DNA of 64,000 nucleotides from Parachlamydiaceae bacterium (GTDB lineage Bacteria; Chlamydiota; Chlamydiia; Chlamydiales; Parachlamydiaceae): NCBI GenBank assembly GCA_965200675.1, contig CBDAUP010000001.1, positions 67,750 to 131,749 of the forward strand, read 5' to 3'. Shown piece by piece: positions 1 to 9,454 of this stretch (position 1 is its first letter; each line of letters starts with the position of its first letter). The notes under the pieces were generated by a model. It saw only the letters and a program-made list of their open reading frames with translations, ran no database searches and was not told where the DNA came from. The position numbers and the translations under genes were made by a program.

Positions 1-98
1 ATCCATTAAGTATTTGTTGGCCCAATGAAGCAGATATATGCCCTAATGTTCTTTATAAAATTGGCATTGAAGTAAAGGAAGTATAAAAAAAAGCATAG

Positions 99-944
99 CT
101 AGAAAATTAAAATAGCATCGGATACAGCTTCTACATATTTTCCCTCCTGTTTAATTTTTCCACATGGCTTATTGATTACTTTGCCCTCTATGACCAGCGT
201 AGAGGAGCCACCTCCATCGAGATTTAAGGCTTCTATACAACCTAAATCCCTCATCAATGGAGCTAACTGTTTAATCGTCATGCCTCCCAACAAACCAAAG
301 AAATAACCATCGACGACGACAAATACCCAATCTCCATTCTCTTTTACACCTACAGCTGTTCTTGCATGCTTCTTCATAATAAAGGATTTAAAGGTCTGTT
401 CGCGACTAAAATCTTCCATTAACTGGCCATTTTGCACTAAGATAGGCGTTCCTCCTACTATGTGTTCTACTTTAGCCCACTCTTTAGCTTTGGTATGAGC
501 AGGATGAGAAAGGGGAATGACTTCTATTTGGCTGTTTTCAGGAAGTGCTGAAAGGGAATAATTGGTTAAAATTCTATCAAATAATACCTTTTGATTACTA
601 GTAGACCAGCCGATCGCTCCTCTTGGTTTAACAGGAGTAGCCCACCAGTGATGATTAATTTTCAAAGCACCGGCAGGCTGGCCATTTAATTTCCAAAAAC
701 CTCCATTAATGGCAGCGCGTGCTCGATAGCGCTGAGCTAGAGTAGCTACTGTTTCTCGGCCTGTTTTTCCTGTTGAAGCTTTAACTGGCGCTATCCTATG
801 TTCTATTGGATTGACGGTCAGCACATGAATCCACGTCAGATAGTCTTTAGAAAAAGAGTCATAGGAAAAGGCACTAATAGAGGAGGGCACAAAAACAATA
901 AAGAGGAAAGTAAGCATCAGTTTTGAGTAAAAAGCCTTAACCAT
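99..944 (-). CDS. secreted phosphodiester glycosidase family protein (NAGPA/DUF2233-like)
   Basis: 281-aa ORF with a hydrophobic signal-like N-terminus (LMLTFLFIVFVPSSISA). Motifs AINGGFW and LNLDGGGSSTL are typical of this fold. Confidence 0.7.
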   Translation of the reverse strand: MVKAFYSKLMLTFLFIVFVPSSISAFSYDSFSKDYLTWIHVLTVNPIEHRIAPVKASTGKTGRETVATLAQRYRARAAINGGFWKLNGQPAGALKINHHWWATPVKPRGAIGWSTSNQKVLFDRILTNYSLSALPENSQIEVIPLSHPAHTKAKEWAKVEHIVGGTPILVQNGQLMEDFSREQTFKSFIMKKHARTAVGVKENGDWVFVVVDGYFFGLLGGMTIKQLAPLMRDLGCIEALNLDGGGSSTLVIEGKVINKPCGKIKQEGKYVEAVSDAILIF

Positions 945-1219
945 CTGTCAAAAATCCCTATTTATTATTCGTTAATTCATCCATTATCTTAAGAATTAGG
1001 GCATTTAATAGGACTAATAATTTAGTAATGATCAGAAATAAAATTTCTTTCATGAAAATTTCTTGGTTTATCAGGAAGTAAGAGATCATAAAAGAAACAC
1101 AGTCAGCAATTTTAGTGAAAGAGATAGTAGTAATGTTATGAGAATAAAGAAAATTGTTTTTGAATCGAGTTATATCTATATCACGAAATAAAAAAATTTA
1201 TTAAGGAGGAAAAGGATTA

Positions 1220-1426
1220 ATGATTGCAATTATAATAGTAATAGCTCTTATATTCGGATTTTCCCTTTCATTTTGGATGAAGCTTTTTAATGAATTAGAC
1301 TACTACGAAATTAAATATACACACCAAACAAAAAAGAGGACGTTATGGTTAATCTTTGGAAATCTGCTATCGTTAATCGTACTATTTTATATAGTACAAT
1401 CTGCTTTTTTACATCTGCATCAATAA
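1220..1426 (+). CDS. small two-TM membrane peptide (68 aa), overlaps the next ORF
   Basis: Strong SD (AAGGAGGA) about 8 nt upstream of the ATG and two hydrophobic segments. An analogous small ORF sits before the paralogous gene at 14198..14413. Confidence 0.4.
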   Translation: MIAIIIVIALIFGFSLSFWMKLFNELDYYEIKYTHQTKKRTLWLIFGNLLSLIVLFYIVQSAFLHLHQ

Positions 1427-2061
1427 TGCCGCTTCATGGAATTCAACAAAACAATCAAATAAATATTAATCTCAATGATATCAATTTTGGAATAAAGATC
1501 GAAAAGCTTATTGAGAAAACTAAGAAATATTTTAAAGCTAAAGATAGTAACAAACTTATGAAGGTAATGTTTGACATTAAGCAGGAGATCGAAAGATACA
1601 CAGGACAGAAAATCGACATGGATAAGTCTTTCAATTATGTTGAAAAGAAAGCAAAATCTATGGGACAGAAGATCGACAAGAACCATCTGAAGGTTCTTAA
1701 GAGTCGATTTAAAAACTATGAGAAGAGAATCTATACCAAGGCTATCATGAACCGATATGTAGAACTCAATACACATTATAATGCTGATGAAGAGTTACCT
1801 TTTTATGAAAATTTCATAGGTACTTCTACAGACTATGTAATAGCTAAGAGTAATTATGTAAAAGATAAGGATGAGGAAGTTGTTCTACCATTGCGCTTCA
1901 CTATTGGTGTTACGATGACATTAGTCGGTCTTTTTCTTTACGTTGTTCCAAACCCAATTTGTAAAGCCACCGCTCCTTGGGTAATGGATACTGGTCTAGC
2001 TTTCTTAGCAGATCAAGCAGTAACTGAATGGGAAAATAAAAAAAAAGAGGATAAAAAATAA
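1345..2061 (+). CDS. hypothetical protein with C-terminal hydrophobic hairpin (paralog of 13641..14282)
   Basis: 238-aa ORF that aligns by eye with the 213-aa ORF at 13641..14282 (helical K/E-rich middle, C-terminal G/V/L-rich bilobed hydrophobic segment). An alternative start at 1426 overlaps the small-ORF stop (TAATG). Confidence 0.6.
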   Translation: MVNLWKSAIVNRTILYSTICFFTSASIMPLHGIQQNNQININLNDINFGIKIEKLIEKTKKYFKAKDSNKLMKVMFDIKQEIERYTGQKIDMDKSFNYVEKKAKSMGQKIDKNHLKVLKSRFKNYEKRIYTKAIMNRYVELNTHYNADEELPFYENFIGTSTDYVIAKSNYVKDKDEEVVLPLRFTIGVTMTLVGLFLYVVPNPICKATAPWVMDTGLAFLADQAVTEWENKKKEDKK

Positions 2062-2236
2062 AGATTCAGAATGATGCAATATAACTTATTATATATAATT
2101 TATTTTATTTCTAATCTTTTTATTAAATTTAAAATATATAATTTACAAAATTAAAATTATAGAATGTTAGCACACTAGATTAGAAAATTACCATTTTATT
2201 TAATAATATAAGTCTAAAGGTATTGAGTTAAAAAAC

Positions 2237-2404
2237 ATGGTAACAAATTATTTTAATACTTTACCTTGTGAACTTATTCAGCCAATCATTTTTGACTCCT
2301 TATCAGAGAAAGAACGATTTAATGCACGCCGCGTTTGCAAATTATTTAATGCAATCATCACACCAAGAACAATTAAGAAAAGAAAATGCCGTTCCATCTA
2401 TTGA
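2237..2404 (+). CDS. short F-box-like ORF (55 aa), possibly a remnant or frameshifted gene
   Basis: My own translation: MVTNYFNTLPCELIQPIIFDSLSEKERFNARRVCKLFNAII, matching the F-box pattern LPxEL..I...L......R.VCK. It is below the ORF-track size cutoff. ORF 2268..2561 continues in the +1 frame. Confidence 0.35.
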   Translation: MVTNYFNTLPCELIQPIIFDSLSEKERFNARRVCKLFNAIITPRTIKKRKCRSIY

Positions 2405-2659
2405 TTTTATTGATTTTTCGCAGCTTGTAAATTATTACCAAGAGTATTGCGATCATTTTTCAACAGAAATTTATCCCTCTTTACATGCTAAACTTAAAAA
2501 GATGATTGCCATCTTTTTTTTATTTAACTTTGTTTGTTATAACCTTTTTTTTAATCATTAAAAAATTAAAATTAGCATTTTAATAGTAGTAAATTTAAAT
2601 AGCAATTCTATACAATTATCCAAAATATAAAAATTTTAATTTAAGTAATCAAGGTCGAC

Positions 2660-3946
2660 ATGATTTCTGAACCAACTGATTTAAATAACGCTATTACTTG
2701 TTTTCAAAAGGAGTTTTTAGGAGAAATCCAAAATATTTCAGCACCTAAACAACAGGCACTTGCTTCTCAATACGTAAATAATTTAAGTCAAAAAGTGCAT
2801 TTTCTGTTAACTAGCCTTGAGCTATTAAATTTCTCATCCAAGAATATGGAAAGCCAAGTGTATTCCTCTTTAGAACAGATGGCTTACTCTTGTGATTATC
2901 TAGTCACTTCCTTTAAACCCAATGGTCAAACTAAACAAGAACTCGAGGATATCCAACAAGTCAAAGAGTTAGAAGGTGCTAAAGTTGCTTTTATGGCACT
3001 AGATCAGATATCAACTATAAAGGAGATAAAAAATCTAGTTAAACAAAGTGCCATTAAAGAAATTAAAATGATGAGTGCTCATGTTTTAGCTCTTTGTATC
3101 AAGGCCTTAGCCTATCTTCCAGAAAAAGCATTGGAAGGCATAGGATTAGGAGCCAAAAAGATGTGTGAAAGTCACGATAGTCTGCAAGCAAGCTGTCGCA
3201 AAGTAACGCAGTTGATGGGTCAGAGTTTAGAATTTTTAAATGAAAACACACCTGAAATTATTAAAGAAAAATTTGACGATGGAGTTAACTACCTCAAAGA
3301 GTATGCAACGGAAGAGATTAACAATAATCTTGCAATGGGCCTATCTAAAGAAAAATCGGAAAAGTACCTAGCAGACTTAGCAATAGTTGCTACTGGGCTT
3401 CCTATATTGACTCTACCTGTTTTAAAATCTTTAAAAAAAATAATGGCAACTGCTTTACCTACTAAAAATCTGATACCCTCTATTTTATCTTCTTCGCGCA
3501 CTCTAAAAACAGTAAATCCAGCCTTATCTGTTTCTGCAAACAGCGATCATTTAAAAAATAGAATCATCAAATCTCGGACTAAAATAATTCCTGAAGATAT
3601 TGGCATGAATCCATTAGAATTTAAGCCAGCTAATCTTCCCTTTCAACCATCTGTTTACGCATTAGATGGATCGATGAGTATAAAAGAGGAAGGAAGGGTT
3701 TTAAAAATCACTTTAGAAAATATTAGAGCTCCTAAGGGAACATTACACAGTTGGTCAACTGTGATGTCTAACTTTAAAGAAATCGGTAAAGTTAATGGAG
3801 TTAAGGAATTGCGCTTGGAAGCTGAAATAGTCAATGATAAATTGTTAAAAATGATGGAAAGACGCTATGGGCCTGCAACACATACTATAAAACAGCGTTT
3901 TGGTGAGTCTGTTTCCTATCAAGTTTATAAGATTTTAATTGATTGA
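2660..3946 (+). CDS. hypothetical protein
   Basis: 428-aa uninterrupted ORF in an AT-rich context; no domain recognised. Confidence 0.55.
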   Translation: MISEPTDLNNAITCFQKEFLGEIQNISAPKQQALASQYVNNLSQKVHFLLTSLELLNFSSKNMESQVYSSLEQMAYSCDYLVTSFKPNGQTKQELEDIQQVKELEGAKVAFMALDQISTIKEIKNLVKQSAIKEIKMMSAHVLALCIKALAYLPEKALEGIGLGAKKMCESHDSLQASCRKVTQLMGQSLEFLNENTPEIIKEKFDDGVNYLKEYATEEINNNLAMGLSKEKSEKYLADLAIVATGLPILTLPVLKSLKKIMATALPTKNLIPSILSSSRTLKTVNPALSVSANSDHLKNRIIKSRTKIIPEDIGMNPLEFKPANLPFQPSVYALDGSMSIKEEGRVLKITLENIRAPKGTLHSWSTVMSNFKEIGKVNGVKELRLEAEIVNDKLLKMMERRYGPATHTIKQRFGESVSYQVYKILID

Positions 3947-4739
3947 TAGATAATTGTATTAGTTAAACTCATGTATAATGAATTTAGAATTGTAAAAAAA
4001 AATAATTTAAGTTTTTCTTATTTCACATATAATTCGCGTTATAAGCACCACCCTTAATTTATCCATAAATTTAATCATTCTATCCATGTAAAGTTCTTTC
4101 TAAATTATTTTACTACATTTGCTGATGATTGTGAACTTTAGCTTGATTTTAAGCTACTTAAATTATCAATTTTTTTTAGATAGGCCTATGCCTTGTCCCT
4201 AAAGTCTAGAAACGTTAAATGAGAAAGTGACACTCTTTATAACTTAAACTAACAGTCTATTTAAGAAAGAGGTTTGTACTACTCAATTTGCCTAACATCA
4301 TCATTCTAATTCCTTTTTTAGTTTTTAAATTTTTTATGAAAAAAATTAAACTAAGCTCTTAATTAAGTTATATTGTAATAAAACAATGTGCGACTTTTAG
4401 TTAACATTAAAAAAAAGGAAATAAAAAAAGAAAAATCAAATTTAATACACTACATATTGAGGTCACATTGAGTCAGCTAAAACAAGAGGGATATAAGATA
4501 ATGAACAATAATGTAGCTCAATCTCCTCTAATTCATGATCACATCAATATGCTTAGATTTATAAATTCATCCTAATAGAAAGCATTAAAATCAACTAGGA
4601 TTAAATCAGATAATAAAAATAGAGCAGATTGCAATTCAATTAATAAATTTTAGTCAAAATTATCATTTACAACATCTAAGTATGTTTACATGTAAATATG
4701 TAATCTTTTATACTAAATATAAAAGCAAGGAGATTTATC

Positions 4740-4985
4740 ATGAGAGAAAATATGGTGAGGTTAAGCTTTGATATCCCATTAGAGGAACATATAAGACTAA
4801 AAACTGCTTGTGCTCAATCCAGGTTAGCTATAAAAGATTTTATGTATGAAATGATGTTAAGGGGATTACAAGATCTTAAAGAAAAACAGTTACAAGAAAA
4901 CTTAAAGATATCTATACAACAATCTAAAGAGGGTAAAGTAAAGAGCCGTGGTTCTTTTACTAAATATATTGAAGATGAAATTTGA
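4740..4985 (+). CDS. type II antitoxin, ribbon-helix-helix-like
   Basis: 81 aa. The N-terminal VRLSFDIPLEEHIRLKTACA is an RHH-like strand-helix. The stop overlaps the start of the downstream toxin ORF. Confidence 0.6.
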   Translation: MRENMVRLSFDIPLEEHIRLKTACAQSRLAIKDFMYEMMLRGLQDLKEKQLQENLKISIQQSKEGKVKSRGSFTKYIEDEI

Positions 4986-5290
4986 ATTATTTTTTACTGA
5001 CCATGCATGCTAATGAGCAAATGAACGAACTAGAAAAATCAAAAGATAAGAAGTCTATATCAAAATCTGTGAATAAAATTCTAGGCTTTATGGAAGCTAA
5101 TCTGCGACATCCTTCGTTACATACACATAAATATGATGCTATGCAGGGACCAAACAAAGAAGATATTTTTGAGTCTTATGCTCAAAATAAAACTCCTGGA
5201 GCCTACAGAATATTTTGGCACTATGGTCCAGGAAAACGAAAGATAACAATACTTGAAGTATGCCGCTCAAAAAATATTACGAAAATATAA
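4982..5290 (+). CDS. RelE/ParE-superfamily toxin
   Basis: 102 aa. HPSLHTHKY...ESYAQNKTPGAYRIFWHY...ITILEV resembles RelE/ParE-like toxins, and the 4-nt overlap with the upstream antitoxin fits an operon. Confidence 0.55.
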   Translation: MNYFLLTMHANEQMNELEKSKDKKSISKSVNKILGFMEANLRHPSLHTHKYDAMQGPNKEDIFESYAQNKTPGAYRIFWHYGPGKRKITILEVCRSKNITKI

Positions 5291-5375
5291 GCAAAGCCTA
5301 TTCAAGTAATAACGTCAGCAGAACAGCTCATCTGACGATTTGTGTACCGGAATCTCACCGATAACTTTTGGGGTT

Positions 5376-6845
5376 TTACATCACACAAGCCGTTTCATGA
5401 GGGCTCATGGATCGATTTCTTATCGCCCGAAAGTGTGCTGCAAGCACCACTGAGAGTTTTTTACTCAGCTTTCTCCAAAATGCCCATACGTGTTCAACCC
5501 GATTCCTTACAGGTACGAGTAAAGCGACATGGTCACCTCTGCCATCAGGAATATCCATCAAACGGGAGGGAAGCTTTTCAGAAAATCTTAAACTGCGGCG
5601 CGCAATAACAAGTGCTGCCGCATGATGGATGGATAATCCATAACGTTTGGAATACTTTACTCTTCCAATCATTGAGGTAAAAGCTGGATTAACTTCTTTG
5701 ATTTCAATTCCTAGCTTTTGCGCTCTTGATTTAATATGGGTTAAAATACTGTTATAGGCGAAAGAAGAAAGCATTCTGGCATAAGAAGCTCGTGTTTCTT
5801 TAAGTGCACTTTTTTTCTGTTGGAAGTTGAGCTTTTCTAATACAAGGGGCTTTTGCACTTCTTGGGCTGTTTTGACAATTTTTTTACAGGCATCTCCAAT
5901 GAGAGCTTTAGCTTGATGACTGCTTTTGCCGTAAAGATTGAGAGGGATGGTTTGTTTATTTATAGCATTGCCAAATCGATCAGTTTCTACAAGGCTTAAA
6001 TGATTGCTATTAATGTCAATTCCGATAACGCCTAATTTTTCATCAGAGATAAGGGGAGCAGATGCTGTATTGACACTAATAAATAGGCGCCATCCTTTTT
6101 CATCCCTTTTAAACCGATAACAAAGAGCTTGTTTAGATTTAAGAGCGGTGACGATTTCTTTATGGCCATAGGTAAACCAAAAATTGTTGATCCATAAATA
6201 GTTACCCTCTTTTTTAATGCAAGAATTGGGCAATCTGAGACGTAAATTTAAGGAGCCATCTTCTTGTAAGAAAGCAGTGCACGATTGATTGCCTCCAATT
6301 TCATCTTTGGATCCAAGAACAAAAAATTCTGAACTTCTGCTTTTTTGCCACGCTTGTTTCCACTCTTCATGAGAAGCATAACCATTTTCTGTGAGAAAAA
6401 ATTGGGCACGAAAAAGTTGCTTAGATCCAAAACAAAGGCGAACAATATTTTGATCTTGATCTGCTTTGAGTTGTGTTAGTTTAGTTTTTAAGTGATTTAA
6501 ATGGCGTTTCCTATGATGAATAGTAAATGGATTTTTTATCTTTTTTATTTTAGCATCTTGTTTTTTAATTTTTTCTTGAAGATCGATAATCTGCGTCTTT
6601 CTTTTTTCGTTTATAGAATCAATCTTTCCTTGAAGAATTGTTTTACAGGCGTTGTACTGTCTTCCTGTGATGCCAAATTGTTGAAGGAATTCCCGTTTAC
6701 AGGCGTTAGGCTCTGCATTAGATAGGATTTTTTTAAAAAGCTGATGTTCGACTTGAGCAAAAAGTTCTGCATAAGAAGAAAGCATGTCTAAAGAGACGTT
6801 ATCTAGACTAATTCGCGTTTCATAAGTGCGCATGGAGTCTTTCAT
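5376..6845 (-). CDS. tnpB: TnpB-like (OrfB) protein of IS607-type element, atypical C-terminus
   Basis: 489 aa. RuvC-I-like IGIDIN and RuvC-II-like LVLEKL are present, followed by NPAFTSMIG and then SIHHAAALVIARR. No CxxC zinc-finger pairs lie between the TS motif and the AA motif. Confidence 0.7.
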   Translation of the reverse strand: MKDSMRTYETRISLDNVSLDMLSSYAELFAQVEHQLFKKILSNAEPNACKREFLQQFGITGRQYNACKTILQGKIDSINEKRKTQIIDLQEKIKKQDAKIKKIKNPFTIHHRKRHLNHLKTKLTQLKADQDQNIVRLCFGSKQLFRAQFFLTENGYASHEEWKQAWQKSRSSEFFVLGSKDEIGGNQSCTAFLQEDGSLNLRLRLPNSCIKKEGNYLWINNFWFTYGHKEIVTALKSKQALCYRFKRDEKGWRLFISVNTASAPLISDEKLGVIGIDINSNHLSLVETDRFGNAINKQTIPLNLYGKSSHQAKALIGDACKKIVKTAQEVQKPLVLEKLNFQQKKSALKETRASYARMLSSFAYNSILTHIKSRAQKLGIEIKEVNPAFTSMIGRVKYSKRYGLSIHHAAALVIARRSLRFSEKLPSRLMDIPDGRGDHVALLVPVRNRVEHVWAFWRKLSKKLSVVLAAHFRAIRNRSMSPHETACVM

Positions 6846-7453
6846 AAAGCTTGCGCTGCCTCTTGAAGCGTTTCTATGAGTTTTTTATTTTTACGACTTC
6901 TGGCTCCATAAAGCCTTGCAGAAAAAACAGTGATCATCTCTAAAACATCAGAGACAAGATCGTCTTCAAAAGTTGCATCTTCTGATTTGTTAAGGATCAC
7001 GACTTCTACACTAAACTGTTCGCAAAGAGAAAAGATAAGTTCCGCTCCAAATCTTAATAAACGATCTTTATGTGTTAAGACTAACCGCTCAATATTTCCT
7101 AAGCAAATACTTTGGATAAGTTTTCTAAGTCCTTTTTTAGAGTAATTTAGACCAGATCCTAAATCCTGAATCACTTCGAATGTCCATCCCTGTATTGCAC
7201 AAAAAGAGGAAAGCAAATCCACTTGTCTTTTTAAATCATTTTTTTGATCATGCCTTGAAACACGCGCATAAACCATTGTTTGTTTTTGACAAAAAACTTT
7301 TTGTGGAAATTTTCCAAGAACTTTATTAAGATCATATCTTCTGTGACCTCGCGGCGTTCTTTCAGAAGAAATTTTCCCGACAGCTTCCCAGCGCCTAAGA
7401 GTGTCTTTTGAAACACCAAGTTCTAATGCTAATTTTCCAATACTAACTTTCAT
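6842..7453 (-). CDS. tnpA: IS607-family serine recombinase transposase (MerR-like HTH plus resolvase domain)
   Basis: 203 aa. N-terminal IGKLALELGVSKDTLRRWEAVGK...RGHRRYDL, followed by the resolvase catalytic region VYARVSRHDQKNDLKRQ. Confidence 0.85.
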   Translation of the reverse strand: MKVSIGKLALELGVSKDTLRRWEAVGKISSERTPRGHRRYDLNKVLGKFPQKVFCQKQTMVYARVSRHDQKNDLKRQVDLLSSFCAIQGWTFEVIQDLGSGLNYSKKGLRKLIQSICLGNIERLVLTHKDRLLRFGAELIFSLCEQFSVEVVILNKSEDATFEDDLVSDVLEMITVFSARLYGARSRKNKKLIETLQEAAQAL

Positions 7454-7458
7454 ACCTT

Positions 7459-7484
7459 AAATATATGCATTCCTGCATATATTT
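7459..7484. promoter_or_regulatory. perfect 11-bp-arm palindrome upstream of tnpA (operator or IS end)
   Basis: AAATATATGCA-TTCC-TGCATATATTT, starting 6 nt upstream of the tnpA start codon. Confidence 0.4.
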
Positions 7485-7571
7485 ACAAATATTTTCTTAT
7501 ATTTTATTTAGCAGTTAATAACCCTCACCCATAAAGATCTTTGATATTGTTAAAGATCCTATCTTATGCTT

Positions 7572-7721
7572 TTAGAATACTTCTATGTACTCAAAGATAC
7601 TATTCTTTGATTCTTCTCTTATTCTATAAGTAATAAAATTGATATCTTCTTTTTTTAAGGTATGAAAGAAGCTTTCAGCTATAGCATTGTTATAGCCATC
7701 TCCTTTTCCCCCATATTTAAT
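7572..7721 (-). pseudogene. IS3-family transposase C-terminal remnant
   Basis: Minus-strand translation YGGKGDGYNNAIAESFFHTLKKEDINFITYRIREESKNSIFEYIEVF* matches the conserved IS3 OrfB tail (DNA.AESFF..LK.E...Y.....F.YIE.F). Only about 49 codons remain. Confidence 0.6.
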
Positions 7722-8131
7722 TTAATACATTTTTTTACTGATTGTTTTAATGCATTGAGGTAGAACGGAGAAGAAGAGAGAATCTAGGCTTGTATAGAAG
7801 CAATTAATTTTAATAATTGATCAGATGTAAAAACTCATTCTAAATATGCTTTTCTTTGGCCTATCTTTAAAGCATTGGACATATACATGGGCAATTCGTG
7901 TAAAAAAGATCGTCCGTAGACTATATCAATGAATAAAAACTAAAACAGAAGCTTTGCCTATTTTTAACCGAATTTTTTTATCTTAAGAAGGTATAAATTA
8001 TCAAGACTAACATGCAAACATGGTTCTTCCAGTAGCTATTGTAAGGCCTTTGCCAGAGTTGTTTTCCTACTACTCGAGGGTTCATTTAAGTCAATGAGTT
8101 GCCTTAAGTTTATTAGTCATTTAAACGCAAT

Positions 8132-9121
8132 TCAGTTCTGTTCCTTAAGATATTTCCCTATGTCTATATCTTGAGGATCACTTTCATAGCCCTCAGGATC
8201 ATTAAAAGGCATTTCTGTATAGCCCTGTTTCTGATAAAAAGGATAGGCCTCAGGTGAAGATTGAACGAGTAACTTTTTAAAGCCTTGATGAGCAAGCCAA
8301 CGCTCGCAAAGTCGTAAAAATTGGCTTCCCCATCCCAATTTGCGCTCAGCTTCATCGATCACAATAATTCTCAAAGCCGCTCTATTTGCAGGCCAAAGCT
8401 GAAGATGAGCATAGCCAATAATATCTGCCTTTTTATAAAAGACAAAATGGATATGATCTGGATGGGTAAACGTCCAGCTATAAGGATCCTCTTTTGTTCT
8501 AAAAAAATAGGTCTGACGTAGAAAACGCACAGCTTTCCATTCCTGCTCAGTTAAAGCCTTTACCATGCGCCATCCCTCAAAACCATCTTTTTTGTCGATA
8601 CTTGCTACAAAAGCATCCTTTCCATGACAATACTGCAAAATGTCATCGGGGAATTTCTTAGCTAATTCTCCTTTGAGTTGAGCATAACTTGTCCTATCAT
8701 CGGTATGAGTGCGCAGCCAGTCGCGAAAATGCAAGTAGCGACTAATTTCAGGATCCCCTTCTTGGTAAACATGCACGTGATGCGTGCGTCTGTTTTCACC
8801 TTTCTGAAAAAATCTTCTAAACGCGATGCCATATTCCCCTTTGACGTCGTATCCTAGTGATTGCATAGCTTGAGTTGCTCGATCGACTTGCTGAATATGG
8901 CGTACTACGGGAAGTAGATCGATAATAGGTTTAGCGCTTAATCCAGGTACAGCAGTCGAGCCAATGTGGTGCACAGCTAGGCAATTAGGACCTAAAGCTC
9001 GTTTAATCTGCTTAGCCTCCAATTCAAACAACGGAGGCCAGCTTGGATCATACTCCACAACGTCGATCTTTTTGACTGGATCAACAGGTAAATCCGATAA
9101 AGACATTAGACTCCTTCCCAT
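8132..9121 (-). CDS. GrpB-domain / GNAT N-acetyltransferase fusion protein
   Basis: 329 aa. The N-terminal half is GrpB-like (HHIGSTAVPGL.AKPIIDL, HHVHV). The C-terminal half has a GNAT acetyl-CoA motif region (RIIVIDEAERKLGWGSQFL...YQKQGY). Confidence 0.7.
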   Translation of the reverse strand: MGRSLMSLSDLPVDPVKKIDVVEYDPSWPPLFELEAKQIKRALGPNCLAVHHIGSTAVPGLSAKPIIDLLPVVRHIQQVDRATQAMQSLGYDVKGEYGIAFRRFFQKGENRRTHHVHVYQEGDPEISRYLHFRDWLRTHTDDRTSYAQLKGELAKKFPDDILQYCHGKDAFVASIDKKDGFEGWRMVKALTEQEWKAVRFLRQTYFFRTKEDPYSWTFTHPDHIHFVFYKKADIIGYAHLQLWPANRAALRIIVIDEAERKLGWGSQFLRLCERWLAHQGFKKLLVQSSPEAYPFYQKQGYTEMPFNDPEGYESDPQDIDIGKYLKEQN

Positions 9122-9454
9122 TGTTTATGACTTAGACGATAAAACACAGGTTAAAATGACTTCTCCGATACTAGAAGAAGATCATGTAACCCGGCCATCT
9201 TTATGGCTCAAACTCCAAAGCCCATTGATCTATGATTAGTTACTAAGCCAACTGATTTGCTAAAATAGAGTGGAAATACAAGAACAGCCGTTTTTCTTAA
9301 AGCTTGCCTATCGATCGCTATAAATGAACTTTGAAGCTAAGGATAGCTTAAATACTCCTGGATTTTATTGGAATTTAATAGCAAGATACACCATTCATTA
9401 AACCAAATCTTACAATAGATTAATTGATTAGAAAATAGGAAAAAGGCGCAGCCC

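Larger units (their letters stand above)
5300..7490 (-). mobile_element. IS607-family element (serine recombinase tnpA plus tnpB-like orfB); ends approximate
   Basis: tnpA (6842..7453) and orfB (5376..6845) overlap by 4 nt. Element ends were not determined. A palindrome lies at 7459..7484 just upstream of tnpA. Confidence 0.55.
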
